DNA of 64,000 bases, taken from assembly GCF_009914755.1 (NCBI RefSeq), contig NC_060948.1. One strand, written 5' to 3'. Of this stretch, positions 24,450 through 39,200 are shown one piece after another. The notes beneath the pieces are model-generated. The model was not told the DNA's origin, did no database searches, and saw only the letters and a list, made by a program, of their open reading frames with translations. How positions within the stretch are numbered: the first letter of the stretch is position 1; the number at the start of each line of letters is the position of its first letter. The DNA is from the human T2T-CHM13v2.0 reference genome, Homo sapiens. Both the position numbers and the translations under genes were made by a program.

Positions 24450-27400
24450 GACTGCAATAGAAAGGATTCGAATGGAATGAAAAAGAATTGAATGGAATAG
24501 AACAGAATGGAATCAAATCGAATGAAATGGAATGGAATAGAAAGGAATGGAATGAAATGGAATGGAAAGGATTCGAATGGAATGCAATCGAATGGAATGG
24601 AATCGAACGGAATGGAATAAAATGGAAGAAAACTGGCAAGAAATGGAATCGAAATGAATGGAGTGTTATGGAACGGACTCAAAAGGAATTGAATGTAATA
24701 GAATGGAGTGGAGTGGACTCGAATATAATGGACTGGAATGGAATGAAATCACATGGAATGGGAACGAATGGAATGGAATGGAAAGGAATGGAATCGAATG
24801 GAAAGGAATCGAATGGAAGGGAATGAAATTGAATCAACAGGAATGGAAGGGAATAGAATAGACGGTAATGGAATGGACTCGAATAGAATGGACACGAATG
24901 CTCAAATTGAATGGACTCGAATGGAATGGAAACGAAAGGAATGTCATCGAATGGAATTGAATCGATTGGAATGAAATCGCATAGAATGGAGTGGAATCAA
25001 ATGGAATTGAATCGAAAGGAAAGGAAGCGAATGGACTGAAATGAAATGGAATGGAATTGAATGGAAAGTAATGCAATGGAATAGAATGGAACGAAATTTC
25101 ACGGAATGGAATCAAACTGAATGGAATCAAATCAATGGAATCTAATCAAATGGAATGGAAAGGAATTGAATGGAGTAGATTGGATTGGATGGGATTGGAA
25201 TGAAATGTACTGGAAAGGACTCGAATTTCATGAAACGGAATGGAATGAATTGGAACGGAATGGACTCGAATGGAATGGAATGTCATGGAATGGCATCAAA
25301 TGGAATGGCATCAAATGGAATGGAATCGAATGCAATGGAATGCTATGGAATGGAATGGAATGCATTGGAATGGAATGTCCTCTAATGGAATGGATTCGAG
25401 TGGAATGGAATCGAATATAATGGAGTCGAATGAAATGGAATTGAAAGGAATGGGATCGAATACAATGGAATATACTGGAATGTAATGTAATGAACTCGAA
25501 TGTAATTGACTGGAATGGAATGTACATGAATGGAAGGTAATCGAATGGAAAGTAATCCAATGGAATAGAATCTAATGCAATAAAACCGACTCAGATAGAG
25601 TAGAATGTAATGGAATGGAGTGCAGTGCAATGGAATGGAATGGAATTGAATGCAATGGAATGGAATGGAATGTAATGGAATGGAATGGAATGGAATGGAA
25701 TGGAATGGAATGGGATGGAATGGTATGGAATGGATAGAAATGGACTGGAGTGAAATGGACTGGAAAGGAATGGACTCAAATTGAAAGGGCTCGAAAGGAA
25801 TGGAGTCAAATGGAATGGTCTGGAATGGAATGAACACGAATGTAATGCAATCCAATAGAATGGAATCGAATGGCATGGAATATAAAGAAATGGATTCGAA
25901 GAGAATGGAAACAAATGGAATGGAATTGAATGGAATGGAATTGAATGGAATGGGAACGAATGGAGTGAAATTGTATGCAGTAGAAGGGAATAGAAAGGAA
26001 TGCAAGCGAAAGGAAAGGAATGGATTGGAATGGAATGGAATTCATTGGAATGGAAGGGAATGTAGTGTAATGGACAGGCCTGGAATAAAGTGGAATGCTA
26101 CGGTCTCGAATGGAATAAAAATGTATGGAATGGAATGCAATGAAATGGAATCGAATGTCATAGAATGTAATGGAATGCAACAAAATGGAATCCAATATCA
26201 TTGACTGGAAAGGCTGGGTGTCGAAAGGAATTGACTCCAATGGAATGGAATCGAATGGAATGGAAGTGAATAGAATCGAACTAAATCGAATGGAATGGAA
26301 TTGATAGGAACGGAATGGAAAGGAATGCAATGATTTGGCATGGAATGGAATCGAATGGCATCGAATGGAATGGAATGGAATGCAATGGAATGGAATGAAC
26401 TTTAATGGAATGTACTCGAATGGATTCGACTGGAATGGAATGTTCTGGAAGTGAATGGACTCCAATGGAATGGATTCAAAAGGAATGGAATCGTACGGAA
26501 TGGAATCTAATGGAATGGAATTAAATGGAAATGAATCAAATTGAATAGCACGGAATTGAATTGAATGGAATGGAATGCAATGGAATCTAATGAAACGGAA
26601 AGGAAAGGAATGGAATGGAATGGAATGGGCTGGAATGGAAAGGAATCGAAACGAATGGAATGGAATCGAACTGAAGAGACTGGAATGGAATGCACTGGAA
26701 TGGAAGGGAGTGTAATGGAAGGTTCTCGAAAAAAATGGAATCGAATGGAATGGAATTGAATGGAACGGAATAGAGTCGAATGGAATTGAATGGAATGGAA
26801 TGGACTAGAGTGAAATGGAATCGAACCACAAGGAATGGAGAGGAATAGAATGGTCTCGAATTGAATGGAATCGTATGGAATGGCATCAAACGGAATGGAA
26901 TGGACAGCCACGGAATGGAATGCACTCGAATGCAATGGAGTCGAAACTAATGGACTGGAATAGAATGGACTCGACTGGTACGGACTCCAATGGAATGGAA
27001 TCGAATGGAAGGGAATCGAACGGAATGGACTCGAAGGGAAAAGACTGCAATGGAAAGGTCTCGAATGGAATGGAAATTAATGGAATGGAATGGAATCGAA
27101 TGAAATGGAGTCAAAAGGAATGGAATCGAATGGCAAGAAATCGAATGTAATGGAATCGCAAGGAATTGATGTGAACGGAACGGAATGGAATGGAATCCAA
27201 AGGAATGGAATAGAATGGAATGGAATCGAATGGAAAGGACTCGAATGGAAATCACTCGAATAGAATGCAATTTAATAAAATAGGATCAAATGTAATGGAA
27301 TGGAATGGAAAGGAATCGAAACGAAAGGAATGGAGACAGATGGAATGGAATAGAACAGAGAGCAATGGTATAGAATGGAATGGAATCATCTGGAATGGAA

Positions 27401-30400
27401 TTGAATGGAATGGAATAATATGAAATGGAATGGAATGGAATGGAATGGAATGCCCTTGAATTAAATGGACTGGAATGGAATGGACTCGAACAGAGTGGAA
27501 TGGAAAGTGTTGAGATAGAATGGAATGGACTCCTTTGGAATGGTCTAGTATGCAATGCAATCGACTGGCAGGGAATCAAAAGGAATGTAATCGAATGGAT
27601 TGGACTGGAATGCAATGGACTCGAATAGATTGCAAACGGGATGCAAAGGAATGGAATGGAATAGTATGGAATGGAATGGAAAGGAATGGAGTGGAATAGA
27701 CTAGAGTGGAATGGAATGGACTGGAAAGCAATGGACTGGAATGGAACTTTCTTGAATGGACTGGAATCAAACGGAATGGAATGCAATGCAATCAAATGGC
27801 ATGGAATAAAATAGAATGAAAGAGAATCAAATGGAATTGAATCGAATGGAATCGAATGGATTGGAAAGGAATAGAATGGAATGGAATGGAATGTACTCAA
27901 ATGGAATGGACTAGAATGGAATGGATTCGAATGGAAGGCAAAGGAATGGAATCTATTGGAATGGACTGTAATGGAATGGAATGGAAGGGATTGGAATGGA
28001 CTCGAATGGAATGGACTGCAATAGAAAGGATTCGAATGGAATGAAAAAGAATTGAATGGAATAGAACAGAATGGAATCAAATCGAATGAAATGGAATGGA
28101 ATAGAAAGGAATGGAATGAAATGGAATGGAAAGGATTCGAATGGAATGCAATCGAATGGAATGGAATCGAACGGAATGGAATAAAATGGAAGAAAACTGG
28201 CAAGAAATGGAATCGAAATGAATGGAGTGTTATGGAACGGACTCAAAAGGAATTGAATGTAATAGAATGGAGTGGAGTGGACTCGAATATAATGGACTGG
28301 AATGGAATGAAATCACATGGAATGGGAACGAATGGAATGGAATGGAAAGGAATGGAATCGAATGGAAAGGAATCGAATGGAAGGGAATGAAATTGAATCA
28401 ACAGGAATGGAAGGGAATAGAATAGACGGTAATGGAATGGACTCGAATAGAATGGACACGAATGCTCAAATTGAATGGACTCGAATGGAATGGAAACGAA
28501 AGGAATGTCATCGAATGGAATTGAATCGATTGGAATGAAATCGCATAGAATGGAGTGGAATCAAATGGAATTGAATCGAAAGGAAAGGAAGCGAATGGAC
28601 TGAAATGAAATGGAATGGAATTGAATGGAAAGTAATGCAATGGAATAGAATGGAACGAAATTTCACGGAATGGAATCAAACTGAATGGAATCAAATCAAT
28701 GGAATCTAATCAAATGGAATGGAAAGGAATTGAATGGAGTAGATTGGATTGGATGGGATTGGAATGAAATGTACTGGAAAGGACTCGAATTTCATGAAAC
28801 GGAATGGAATGAATTGGAACGGAATGGACTCGAATGGAATGGAATGTCATGGAATGGCATCAAATGGAATGGCATCAAATGGAATGGAATCGAATGCAAT
28901 GGAATGCTATGGAATGGAATGGAATGCATTGGAATGGAATGTCCTCTAATGGAATGGATTCGAGTGGAATGGAATCGAATATAATGGAGTCGAATGAAAT
29001 GGAATTGAAAGGAATGGGATCGAATACAATGGAATATACTGGAATGTAATGTAATGAACTCGAATGTAATTGACTGGAATGGAATGTACATGAATGGAAG
29101 GTAATCGAATGGAAAGTAATCCAATGGAATAGAATCTAATGCAATAAAACCGACTCAGATAGAGTAGAATGTAATGGAATGGAGTGCAGTGCAATGGAAT
29201 GGAATGGAATTGAATGCAATGGAATGGAATGGAATGTAATGGAATGGAATGGAATGGAATGGAATGGAATGGAATGGGATGGAATGGTATGGAATGGATA
29301 GAAATGGACTGGAGTGAAATGGACTGGAAAGGAATGGACTCAAATTGAAAGGGCTCGAAAGGAATGGAGTCAAATGGAATGGTCTGGAATGGAATGAACA
29401 CGAATGTAATGCAATCCAATAGAATGGAATCGAATGGCATGGAATATAAAGAAATGGATTCGAAGAGAATGGAAACAAATGGAATGGAATTGAATGGAAT
29501 GGAATTGAATGGAATGGGAACGAATGGAGTGAAATTGTATGCAGTAGAAGGGAATAGAAAGGAATGCAAGCGAAAGGAAAGGAATGGATTGGAATGGAAT
29601 GGAATTCATTGGAATGGAAGGGAATGTAGTGTAATGGACAGGCCTGGAATAAAGTGGAATGCTACGGTCTCGAATGGAATAAAAATGTATGGAATGGAAT
29701 GCAATGAAATGGAATCGAATGTCATAGAATGTAATGGAATGCAACAAAATGGAATCCAATATCATTGACTGGAAAGGCTGGGTGTCGAAAGGAATTGACT
29801 CCAATGGAATGGAATCGAATGGAATGGAAGTGAATAGAATCGAACTAAATCGAATGGAATGGAATTGATAGGAACGGAATGGAAAGGAATGCAATGATTT
29901 GGCATGGAATGGAATCGAATGGCATCGAATGGAATGGAATGGAATGCAATGGAATGGAATGAACTTTAATGGAATGTACTCGAATGGATTCGACTGGAAT
30001 GGAATGTTCTGGAAGTGAATGGACTCCAATGGAATGGATTCAAAAGGAATGGAATCGTACGGAATGGAATCTAATGGAATGGAATTAAATGGAAATGAAT
30101 CAAATTGAATAGCACGGAATTGAATTGAATGGAATGGAATGCAATGGAATCTAATGAAACGGAAAGGAAAGGAATGGAATGGAATGGAATGGGCTGGAAT
30201 GGAAAGGAATCGAAACGAATGGAATGGAATCGAACTGAAGAGACTGGAATGGAATGCACTGGAATGGAAGGGAGTGTAATGGAAGGTTCTCGAAAAAAAT
30301 GGAATCGAATGGAATGGAATTGAATGGAACGGAATAGAGTCGAATGGAATTGAATGGAATGGAATGGACTAGAGTGAAATGGAATCGAACCACAAGGAAT

Positions 30401-33400
30401 GGAGAGGAATAGAATGGTCTCGAATTGAATGGAATCGTATGGAATGGCATCAAACGGAATGGAATGGACAGCCACGGAATGGAATGCACTCGAATGCAAT
30501 GGAGTCGAAACTAATGGACTGGAATAGAATGGACTCGACTGGTACGGACTCCAATGGAATGGAATCGAATGGAAGGGAATCGAACGGAATGGACTCGAAG
30601 GGAAAAGACTGCAATGGAAAGGTCTCGAATGGAATGGAAATTAATGGAATGGAATGGAATCGAATGAAATGGAGTCAAAAGGAATGGAATCGAATGGCAA
30701 GAAATCGAATGTAATGGAATCGCAAGGAATTGATGTGAACGGAACGGAATGGAATGGAATCCAAAGGAATGGAATAGAATGGAATGGAATCGAATGGAAA
30801 GGACTCGAATGGAAATCACTCGAATAGAATGCAATTTAATAAAATAGGATCAAATGTAATGGAATGGAATGGAAAGGAATCGAAACGAAAGGAATGGAGA
30901 CAGATGGAATGGAATAGAACAGAGAGCAATGGTATAGAATGGAATGGAATCATCTGGAATGGAATTGAATGGAATGGAATAATATGAAATGGAATGGAAT
31001 GGAATGGAATGGAATGCCCTTGAATTAAATGGACTGGAATGGAATGGACTCGAACAGAGTGGAATGGAAAGTGTTGAGATAGAATGGAATGGACTCCTTT
31101 GGAATGGTCTAGTATGCAATGCAATCGACTGGCAGGGAATCAAAAGGAATGTAATCGAATGGATTGGACTGGAATGCAATGGACTCGAATAGATTGCAAA
31201 CGGGATGCAAAGGAATGGAATGGAATAGTATGGAATGGAATGGAAAGGAATGGAGTGGAATAGACTAGAGTGGAATGGAATGGACTGGAAAGCAATGGAC
31301 TGGAATGGAACTTTCTTGAATGGACTGGAATCAAACGGAATGGAATGCAATGCAATCAAATGGCATGGAATAAAATAGAATGAAAGAGAATCAAATGGAA
31401 TTGAATCGAATGGAATCGAATGGATTGGAAAGGAATAGAATGGAATGGAATGGAATGTACTCAAATGGAATGGACTAGAATGGAATGGATTCGAATGGAA
31501 GGCAAAGGAATGGAATCTATTGGAATGGACTGTAATGGAATGGAATGGAAGGGATTGGAATGGACTCGAATGGAATGGACTGCAATAGAAAGGATTCGAA
31601 TGGAATGAAAAAGAATTGAATGGAATAGAACAGAATGGAATCAAATCGAATGAAATGGAATGGAATAGAAAGGAATGGAATGAAATGGAATGGAAAGGAT
31701 TCGAATGGAATGCAATCGAATGGAATGGAATCGAACGGAATGGAATAAAATGGAAGAAAACTGGCAAGAAATGGAATCGAAATGAATGGAGTGTTATGGA
31801 ACGGACTCAAAAGGAATTGAATGTAATAGAATGGAGTGGAGTGGACTCGAATATAATGGACTGGAATGGAATGAAATCACATGGAATGGGAACGAATGGA
31901 ATGGAATGGAAAGGAATGGAATCGAATGGAAAGGAATCGAATGGAAGGGAATGAAATTGAATCAACAGGAATGGAAGGGAATAGAATAGACGGTAATGGA
32001 ATGGACTCGAATAGAATGGACACGAATGCTCAAATTGAATGGACTCGAATGGAATGGAAACGAAAGGAATGTCATCGAATGGAATTGAATCGATTGGAAT
32101 GAAATCGCATAGAATGGAGTGGAATCAAATGGAATTGAATCGAAAGGAAAGGAAGCGAATGGACTGAAATGAAATGGAATGGAATTGAATGGAAAGTAAT
32201 GCAATGGAATAGAATGGAACGAAATTTCACGGAATGGAATCAAACTGAATGGAATCAAATCAATGGAATCTAATCAAATGGAATGGAAAGGAATTGAATG
32301 GAGTAGATTGGATTGGATGGGATTGGAATGAAATGTACTGGAAAGGACTCGAATTTCATGAAACGGAATGGAATGAATTGGAACGGAATGGACTCGAATG
32401 GAATGGAATGTCATGGAATGGCATCAAATGGAATGGCATCAAATGGAATGGAATCGAATGCAATGGAATGCTATGGAATGGAATGGAATGCATTGGAATG
32501 GAATGTCCTCTAATGGAATGGATTCGAGTGGAATGGAATCGAATATAATGGAGTCGAATGAAATGGAATTGAAAGGAATGGGATCGAATACAATGGAATA
32601 TACTGGAATGTAATGTAATGAACTCGAATGTAATTGACTGGAATGGAATGTACATGAATGGAAGGTAATCGAATGGAAAGTAATCCAATGGAATAGAATC
32701 TAATGCAATAAAACCGACTCAGATAGAGTAGAATGTAATGGAATGGAGTGCAGTGCAATGGAATGGAATGGAATTGAATGCAATGGAATGGAATGGAATG
32801 TAATGGAATGGAATGGAATGGAATGGAATGGAATGGAATGGGATGGAATGGTATGGAATGGATAGAAATGGACTGGAGTGAAATGGACTGGAAAGGAATG
32901 GACTCAAATTGAAAGGGCTCGAAAGGAATGGAGTCAAATGGAATGGTCTGGAATGGAATGAACACGAATGTAATGCAATCCAATAGAATGGAATCGAATG
33001 GCATGGAATATAAAGAAATGGATTCGAAGAGAATGGAAACAAATGGAATGGAATTGAATGGAATGGAATTGAATGGAATGGGAACGAATGGAGTGAAATT
33101 GTATGCAGTAGAAGGGAATAGAAAGGAATGCAAGCGAAAGGAAAGGAATGGATTGGAATGGAATGGAATTCATTGGAATGGAAGGGAATGTAGTGTAATG
33201 GACAGGCCTGGAATAAAGTGGAATGCTACGGTCTCGAATGGAATAAAAATGTATGGAATGGAATGCAATGAAATGGAATCGAATGTCATAGAATGTAATG
33301 GAATGCAACAAAATGGAATCCAATATCATTGACTGGAAAGGCTGGGTGTCGAAAGGAATTGACTCCAATGGAATGGAATCGAATGGAATGGAAGTGAATA

Positions 33401-36220
33401 GAATCGAACTAAATCGAATGGAATGGAATTGATAGGAACGGAATGGAAAGGAATGCAATGATTTGGCATGGAATGGAATCGAATGGCATCGAATGGAATG
33501 GAATGGAATGCAATGGAATGGAATGAACTTTAATGGAATGTACTCGAATGGATTCGACTGGAATGGAATGTTCTGGAAGTGAATGGACTCCAATGGAATG
33601 GATTCAAAAGGAATGGAATCGTACGGAATGGAATCTAATGGAATGGAATTAAATGGAAATGAATCAAATTGAATAGCACGGAATTGAATTGAATGGAATG
33701 GAATGCAATGGAATCTAATGAAACGGAAAGGAAAGGAATGGAATGGAATGGAATGGGCTGGAATGGAAAGGAATCGAAACGAATGGAATGGAATCGAACT
33801 GAAGAGACTGGAATGGAATGCACTGGAATGGAAGGGAGTGTAATGGAAGGTTCTCGAAAAAAATGGAATCGAATGGAATGGAATTGAATGGAACGGAATA
33901 GAGTCGAATGGAATTGAATGGAATGGAATGGACTAGAGTGAAATGGAATCGAACCACAAGGAATGGAGAGGAATAGAATGGTCTCGAATTGAATGGAATC
34001 GTATGGAATGGCATCAAACGGAATGGAATGGACAGCCACGGAATGGAATGCACTCGAATGCAATGGAGTCGAAACTAATGGACTGGAATAGAATGGACTC
34101 GACTGGTACGGACTCCAATGGAATGGAATCGAATGGAAGGGAATCGAACGGAATGGACTCGAAGGGAAAAGACTGCAATGGAAAGGTCTCGAATGGAATG
34201 GAAATTAATGGAATGGAATGGAATCGAATGAAATGGAGTCAAAAGGAATGGAATCGAATGGCAAGAAATCGAATGTAATGGAATCGCAAGGAATTGATGT
34301 GAACGGAACGGAATGGAATGGAATCCAAAGGAATGGAATAGAATGGAATGGAATCGAATGGAAAGGACTCGAATGGAAATCACTCGAATAGAATGCAATT
34401 TAATAAAATAGGATCAAATGTAATGGAATGGAATGGAAAGGAATCGAAACGAAAGGAATGGAGACAGATGGAATGGAATAGAACAGAGAGCAATGGTATA
34501 GAATGGAATGGAATCATCTGGAATGGAATTGAATGGAATGGAATAATATGAAATGGAATGGAATGGAATGGAATGGAATGCCCTTGAATTAAATGGACTG
34601 GAATGGAATGGACTCGAACAGAGTGGAATGGAAAGTGTTGAGATAGAATGGAATGGACTCCTTTGGAATGGTCTAGTATGCAATGCAATCGACTGGCAGG
34701 GAATCAAAAGGAATGTAATCGAATGGATTGGACTGGAATGCAATGGACTCGAATAGATTGCAAACGGGATGCAAAGGAATGGAATGGAATAGTATGGAAT
34801 GGAATGGAAAGGAATGGAGTGGAATAGACTAGAGTGGAATGGAATGGACTGGAAAGCAATGGACTGGAATGGAACTTTCTTGAATGGACTGGAATCAAAC
34901 GGAATGGAATGCAATGCAATCAAATGGCATGGAATAAAATAGAATGAAAGAGAATCAAATGGAATTGAATCGAATGGAATCGAATGGATTGGAAAGGAAT
35001 AGAATGGAATGGAATGGAATGTACTCAAATGGAATGGACTAGAATGGAATGGATTCGAATGGAAGGCAAAGGAATGGAATCTATTGGAATGGACTGTAAT
35101 GGAATGGAATGGAAGGGATTGGAATGGACTCGAATGGAATGGACTGCAATAGAAAGGATTCGAATGGAATGAAAAAGAATTGAATGGAATAGAACAGAAT
35201 GGAATCAAATCGAATGAAATGGAATGGAATAGAAAGGAATGGAATGAAATGGAATGGAAAGGATTCGAATGGAATGCAATCGAATGGAATGGAATCGAAC
35301 GGAATGGAATAAAATGGAAGAAAACTGGCAAGAAATGGAATCGAAATGAATGGAGTGTTATGGAACGGACTCAAAAGGAATTGAATGTAATAGAATGGAG
35401 TGGAGTGGACTCGAATATAATGGACTGGAATGGAATGAAATCACATGGAATGGGAACGAATGGAATGGAATGGAAAGGAATGGAATCGAATGGAAAGGAA
35501 TCGAATGGAAGGGAATGAAATTGAATCAACAGGAATGGAAGGGAATAGAATAGACGGTAATGGAATGGACTCGAATAGAATGGACACGAATGCTCAAATT
35601 GAATGGACTCGAATGGAATGGAAACGAAAGGAATGTCATCGAATGGAATTGAATCGATTGGAATGAAATTGCATAGAATGGAGTGGAATCAAATGGAATT
35701 GAATCGAAAGGAAAGGAAGCGAATGGACTGAAATGAAATGGAATGGAATTGAATGGAAAGTAATGCAATGGAATAGAATGGAACGAAATTTCACGGAATG
35801 GAATCAAACTGAATGGAATCAAATCAATGGAATCTAATCAAATGGAATGGAAAGGAATTGAATGGAGTAGATTGGATTGGATGGGATTGGAATGAAATGT
35901 ACTGGAAAGGACTCGAATTTCATGAAACGGAATGGAATGAATTGGAACGGAATGGACTCGAATGGAATGGAATGTCATGGAATGGCATCAAATGGAATGG
36001 CATCAAATGGAATGGAATCGAATGCAATGGAATGCTATGGAATGGAATGGAATGCATTGGAATGGAATGTCCTCTAATGGAATGGATTCGAGTGGAATGG
36101 AATCGAATATAATGGAGTCGAATGAAATGGAATTGAAAGGAATGGGATCGAATACAATGGAATATACTGGAATGTAATGTAATGAACTCGAATGTAATTG
36201 ACTGGAATGGAATGTACATG
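24450..36220 (+). repeat. Near-identical tandem triplication of a 3564 bp unit; boundaries approximate
   Basis: Three consecutive 3564 bp GGCC intervals. Shared private variants: ggatagaaat (~25735/29299/32863), a 15 bp deletion (~26397/29961/33525), gcaaacgggatg (~27632/31196/34760) and atgtactcaa (~27891/31455/35019). The ORF track repeats at exactly +3564. Confidence 0.88.
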
Positions 36221-39200
36221 AATGGAATGTAATCGAATGGAAAGTAATCCAATGGAATAGAATCTAATGCAATAAAATCGACTCAGATAGAGTAGCATGT
36301 AATGGAATGGAGTGCAGTGCAATGGAATGGAATGGAATGGAATGCAATGGAATGGAATGGAATGGAATGGAATGGAATGGAATGGAATGGAATGGAATGG
36401 GATGGGATGGAATGGTATGGAATGGATAGTAATGGACTGGAGTGAAATGGACTGGAAAGGAATGGACTCAAATTGAAAGGGCTCGAAAGGAATGGAGTCA
36501 AATGGAATGGTCTGGAATGGAATGAACACGAATGTAATGCAATCCAATAGAATGGAATCGAATGGCATGGAATATAAAGAAATGGAATCGGAGAGAATGG
36601 AAACAAATGGAATGGAATTGAATGGAATGGAATTGAATGGAATGGGAACGAATGGAGTGAAATTGTATGCAGTAGAAGGGAATAGAATGGAATGCAAGCA
36701 AAAGGAAAGGAATGGATTGGAATGGAATGGAATTCATTGGAATGGAAGGGAATGTAGTGTAATGGACAGGCCTGGAATAAAGTGGAATGCTACGGTCTCG
36801 AATGGAATAAAAATGTATGGAATGGAATGCAATGAAACGGAATCGAATGTCATAGAATGTAATGGAATGCAACAAAATGGAATCCAATATCATTGACTGG
36901 AAAGGCTGGGTGTCGAAAGGAATTGACTCCAATGGAATGGAATCGAATGGAATGGAAGTGAATAGAATCGAACTAAATCGAATGGAATGGAATTGATAGG
37001 AACGGAATGGAAAGGAATGCAATGATTTGGCATGGAATGGAATCGAATGGCATCGAATGGAATGGAATGGAATGCAATGGAATGGAATGTATTAGAATGG
37101 AATGAACTTTAATGGAATGTACTCGAATGGATTCGACTGGAATGGAATGTTCTGGAAGTGAATGGACTCCAATGGAATGGATTCCAAAGGAATGGAATCG
37201 TACGGAATGGAATCTAATGGAATGGAATTAAATGGAAATGAATCAAATTGAATAGCACGGAATTGAATTGAATGGAATGGAATGCAATGGAATCTAATGA
37301 AACGGAAAGGAAAGGAATGGAATGGAATGGAATGGGCTGGAATGGAAAGGAATCGAAACGAATGGAATGGAATCGAACTGAAGAGACTGGAATGGAATGC
37401 ACTGGAATGGAAGGGAGTGTAATGGAAGGTTCTCGAAAAAAATGGAATCGAATGGAATGGAATTGAATGGAACGGAATAGAGTCGAATGGAATTGAATGG
37501 AATGGAATGGACTAGAGTGAAATGGAATCGAACCACAAGGAATGGACAGGAATAGAATGGTCTCGAATTGAATGGAATCGTATGGAATGGCATCAAACGG
37601 AATGGAATGGACAGCCACGGAATGGAATGCACTCGAATGCAATGGAGTCGAAACTAATGGACTGGAATAGAATGGACTCGACTGGTACGGACTTCAATGG
37701 AATGGATTCGAATGGAAGGGAATCGAACGGAATGGACTCGAAGGGAAAAGACTGCAATGGAAAGGTCTCGAATGGAATGGAAATTAATGGAATGGAATGG
37801 AATCGAATGAAATGGAGTCAAAAGGAATGGAATCGAATGGCAAGAAATCGAATGTAATGGAATCGCAAGGAATTGATGTGAACGGAACGGAATGGAATGG
37901 AATCCAAAGGAATGGAATAGAATGGAATGGAATCGAATGGAAAGGACTCGAATGGAAATCACTCGAATAGAATGCAATTTAATAAAATAGGATCAAATGT
38001 AATGGAATGGAATGGAAAGGAATCGAAACGAAAGGAATGGAGACAGATGGAATGGAATGGAACAGAGAGCAATGGTATAGAATGGAATGGAATCATCTGG
38101 AATGGAATTGAATGGAATGGAATAATATGAAATGGAATGGAATGGAATGGAATGGAATGCCCTTGAATTAAATGGACTGGAATGGAATGGACTCGAACAG
38201 AGTGGAATGGAAAGTGTTGAGATAGAATGGAATGGACTCCTTTGGAATGGTGTAGTATGCAATGCAATCGACTGGCAGGGAATCAAAAGGAATGTAATCG
38301 AATGGAATGGACTGGAATGCAATGGACTCGAATAGATTGGAAACGGAATGCAAAGGAATGGAATGGAATAGTATGGAATGGAATGGAAAGGAATGGAGTG
38401 GAATAGACTAGAGTGGAATGGAATGGACTGGAAAGCAATGGACTGGAATGGAACTTTCTTGAATGGACTGGAATCAAACGGAATGGAATGCAATGCAATC
38501 AAATGGCATGGAATAAAATAGAATGAAGAAAATGAAATGGAATTGAATCGAATGGAATCGAATGGATTGGAAAGGAATAGAATGGAATGGAATGGAATTG
38601 ACTCAAATGGAATGGACTAGAATGGAATGGATTCGAATGGAAGGCAAAGGAATGGAATCTATTGGAATGGACTGTAATGGAATGGAATGGAAGGGATTGG
38701 AATGGACTCGAATGGAATGGACTGCAATAGAAAGGATTCGAATGGAATGAAAAAGAATTGAATGGAATAGAACAGAATGGAATCAAATCGAATGAAATGG
38801 AATGGAATAGAAAGGAATGGAATGAAATGGAATGGAAAGGATTCGAATGGAATGCAATCGAATGGAATGGAATCGAACGGAATGGAATAAAATGGAAGAA
38901 AACTGGCAAGAAATGGAATCGAAATGAATGGAGTGTTATGGAACGGACTCAAAAGGAATTGAATGTAATAGAATGGAGTGGAGTGGACTCGAATATAATG
39001 GACTGGAATGGAATGAAATCACATGGAATGGGAACGAATGGAATGGAATGGAAAGGAATGGAATCGAATGGAAAGGAATCGAATGGAAGGGAATGAAATT
39101 GAATCAACAGGAATGGAAGGGAATAGAATAGACGGTAATGGAATGGACTCGAATAGAATGGACACGAATGCTGAAATGGAATGGACTCGAATGGAATGGA

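Larger units (their letters stand above)
10000..27000 (+). repeat. Higher-order repeat of ~5.65 kb (deleted unit + full unit), 3 tandem copies; boundaries approximate
   Basis: Deletion junctions are 5650 and 5640 bp apart. Shared private variants recur at the same period: ggactagaatggaaatc (~10316/15966/21606), gaattcactc (10964/16614/22254) and atggcaatcactc (~12381/18031/23671). Confidence 0.88.
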
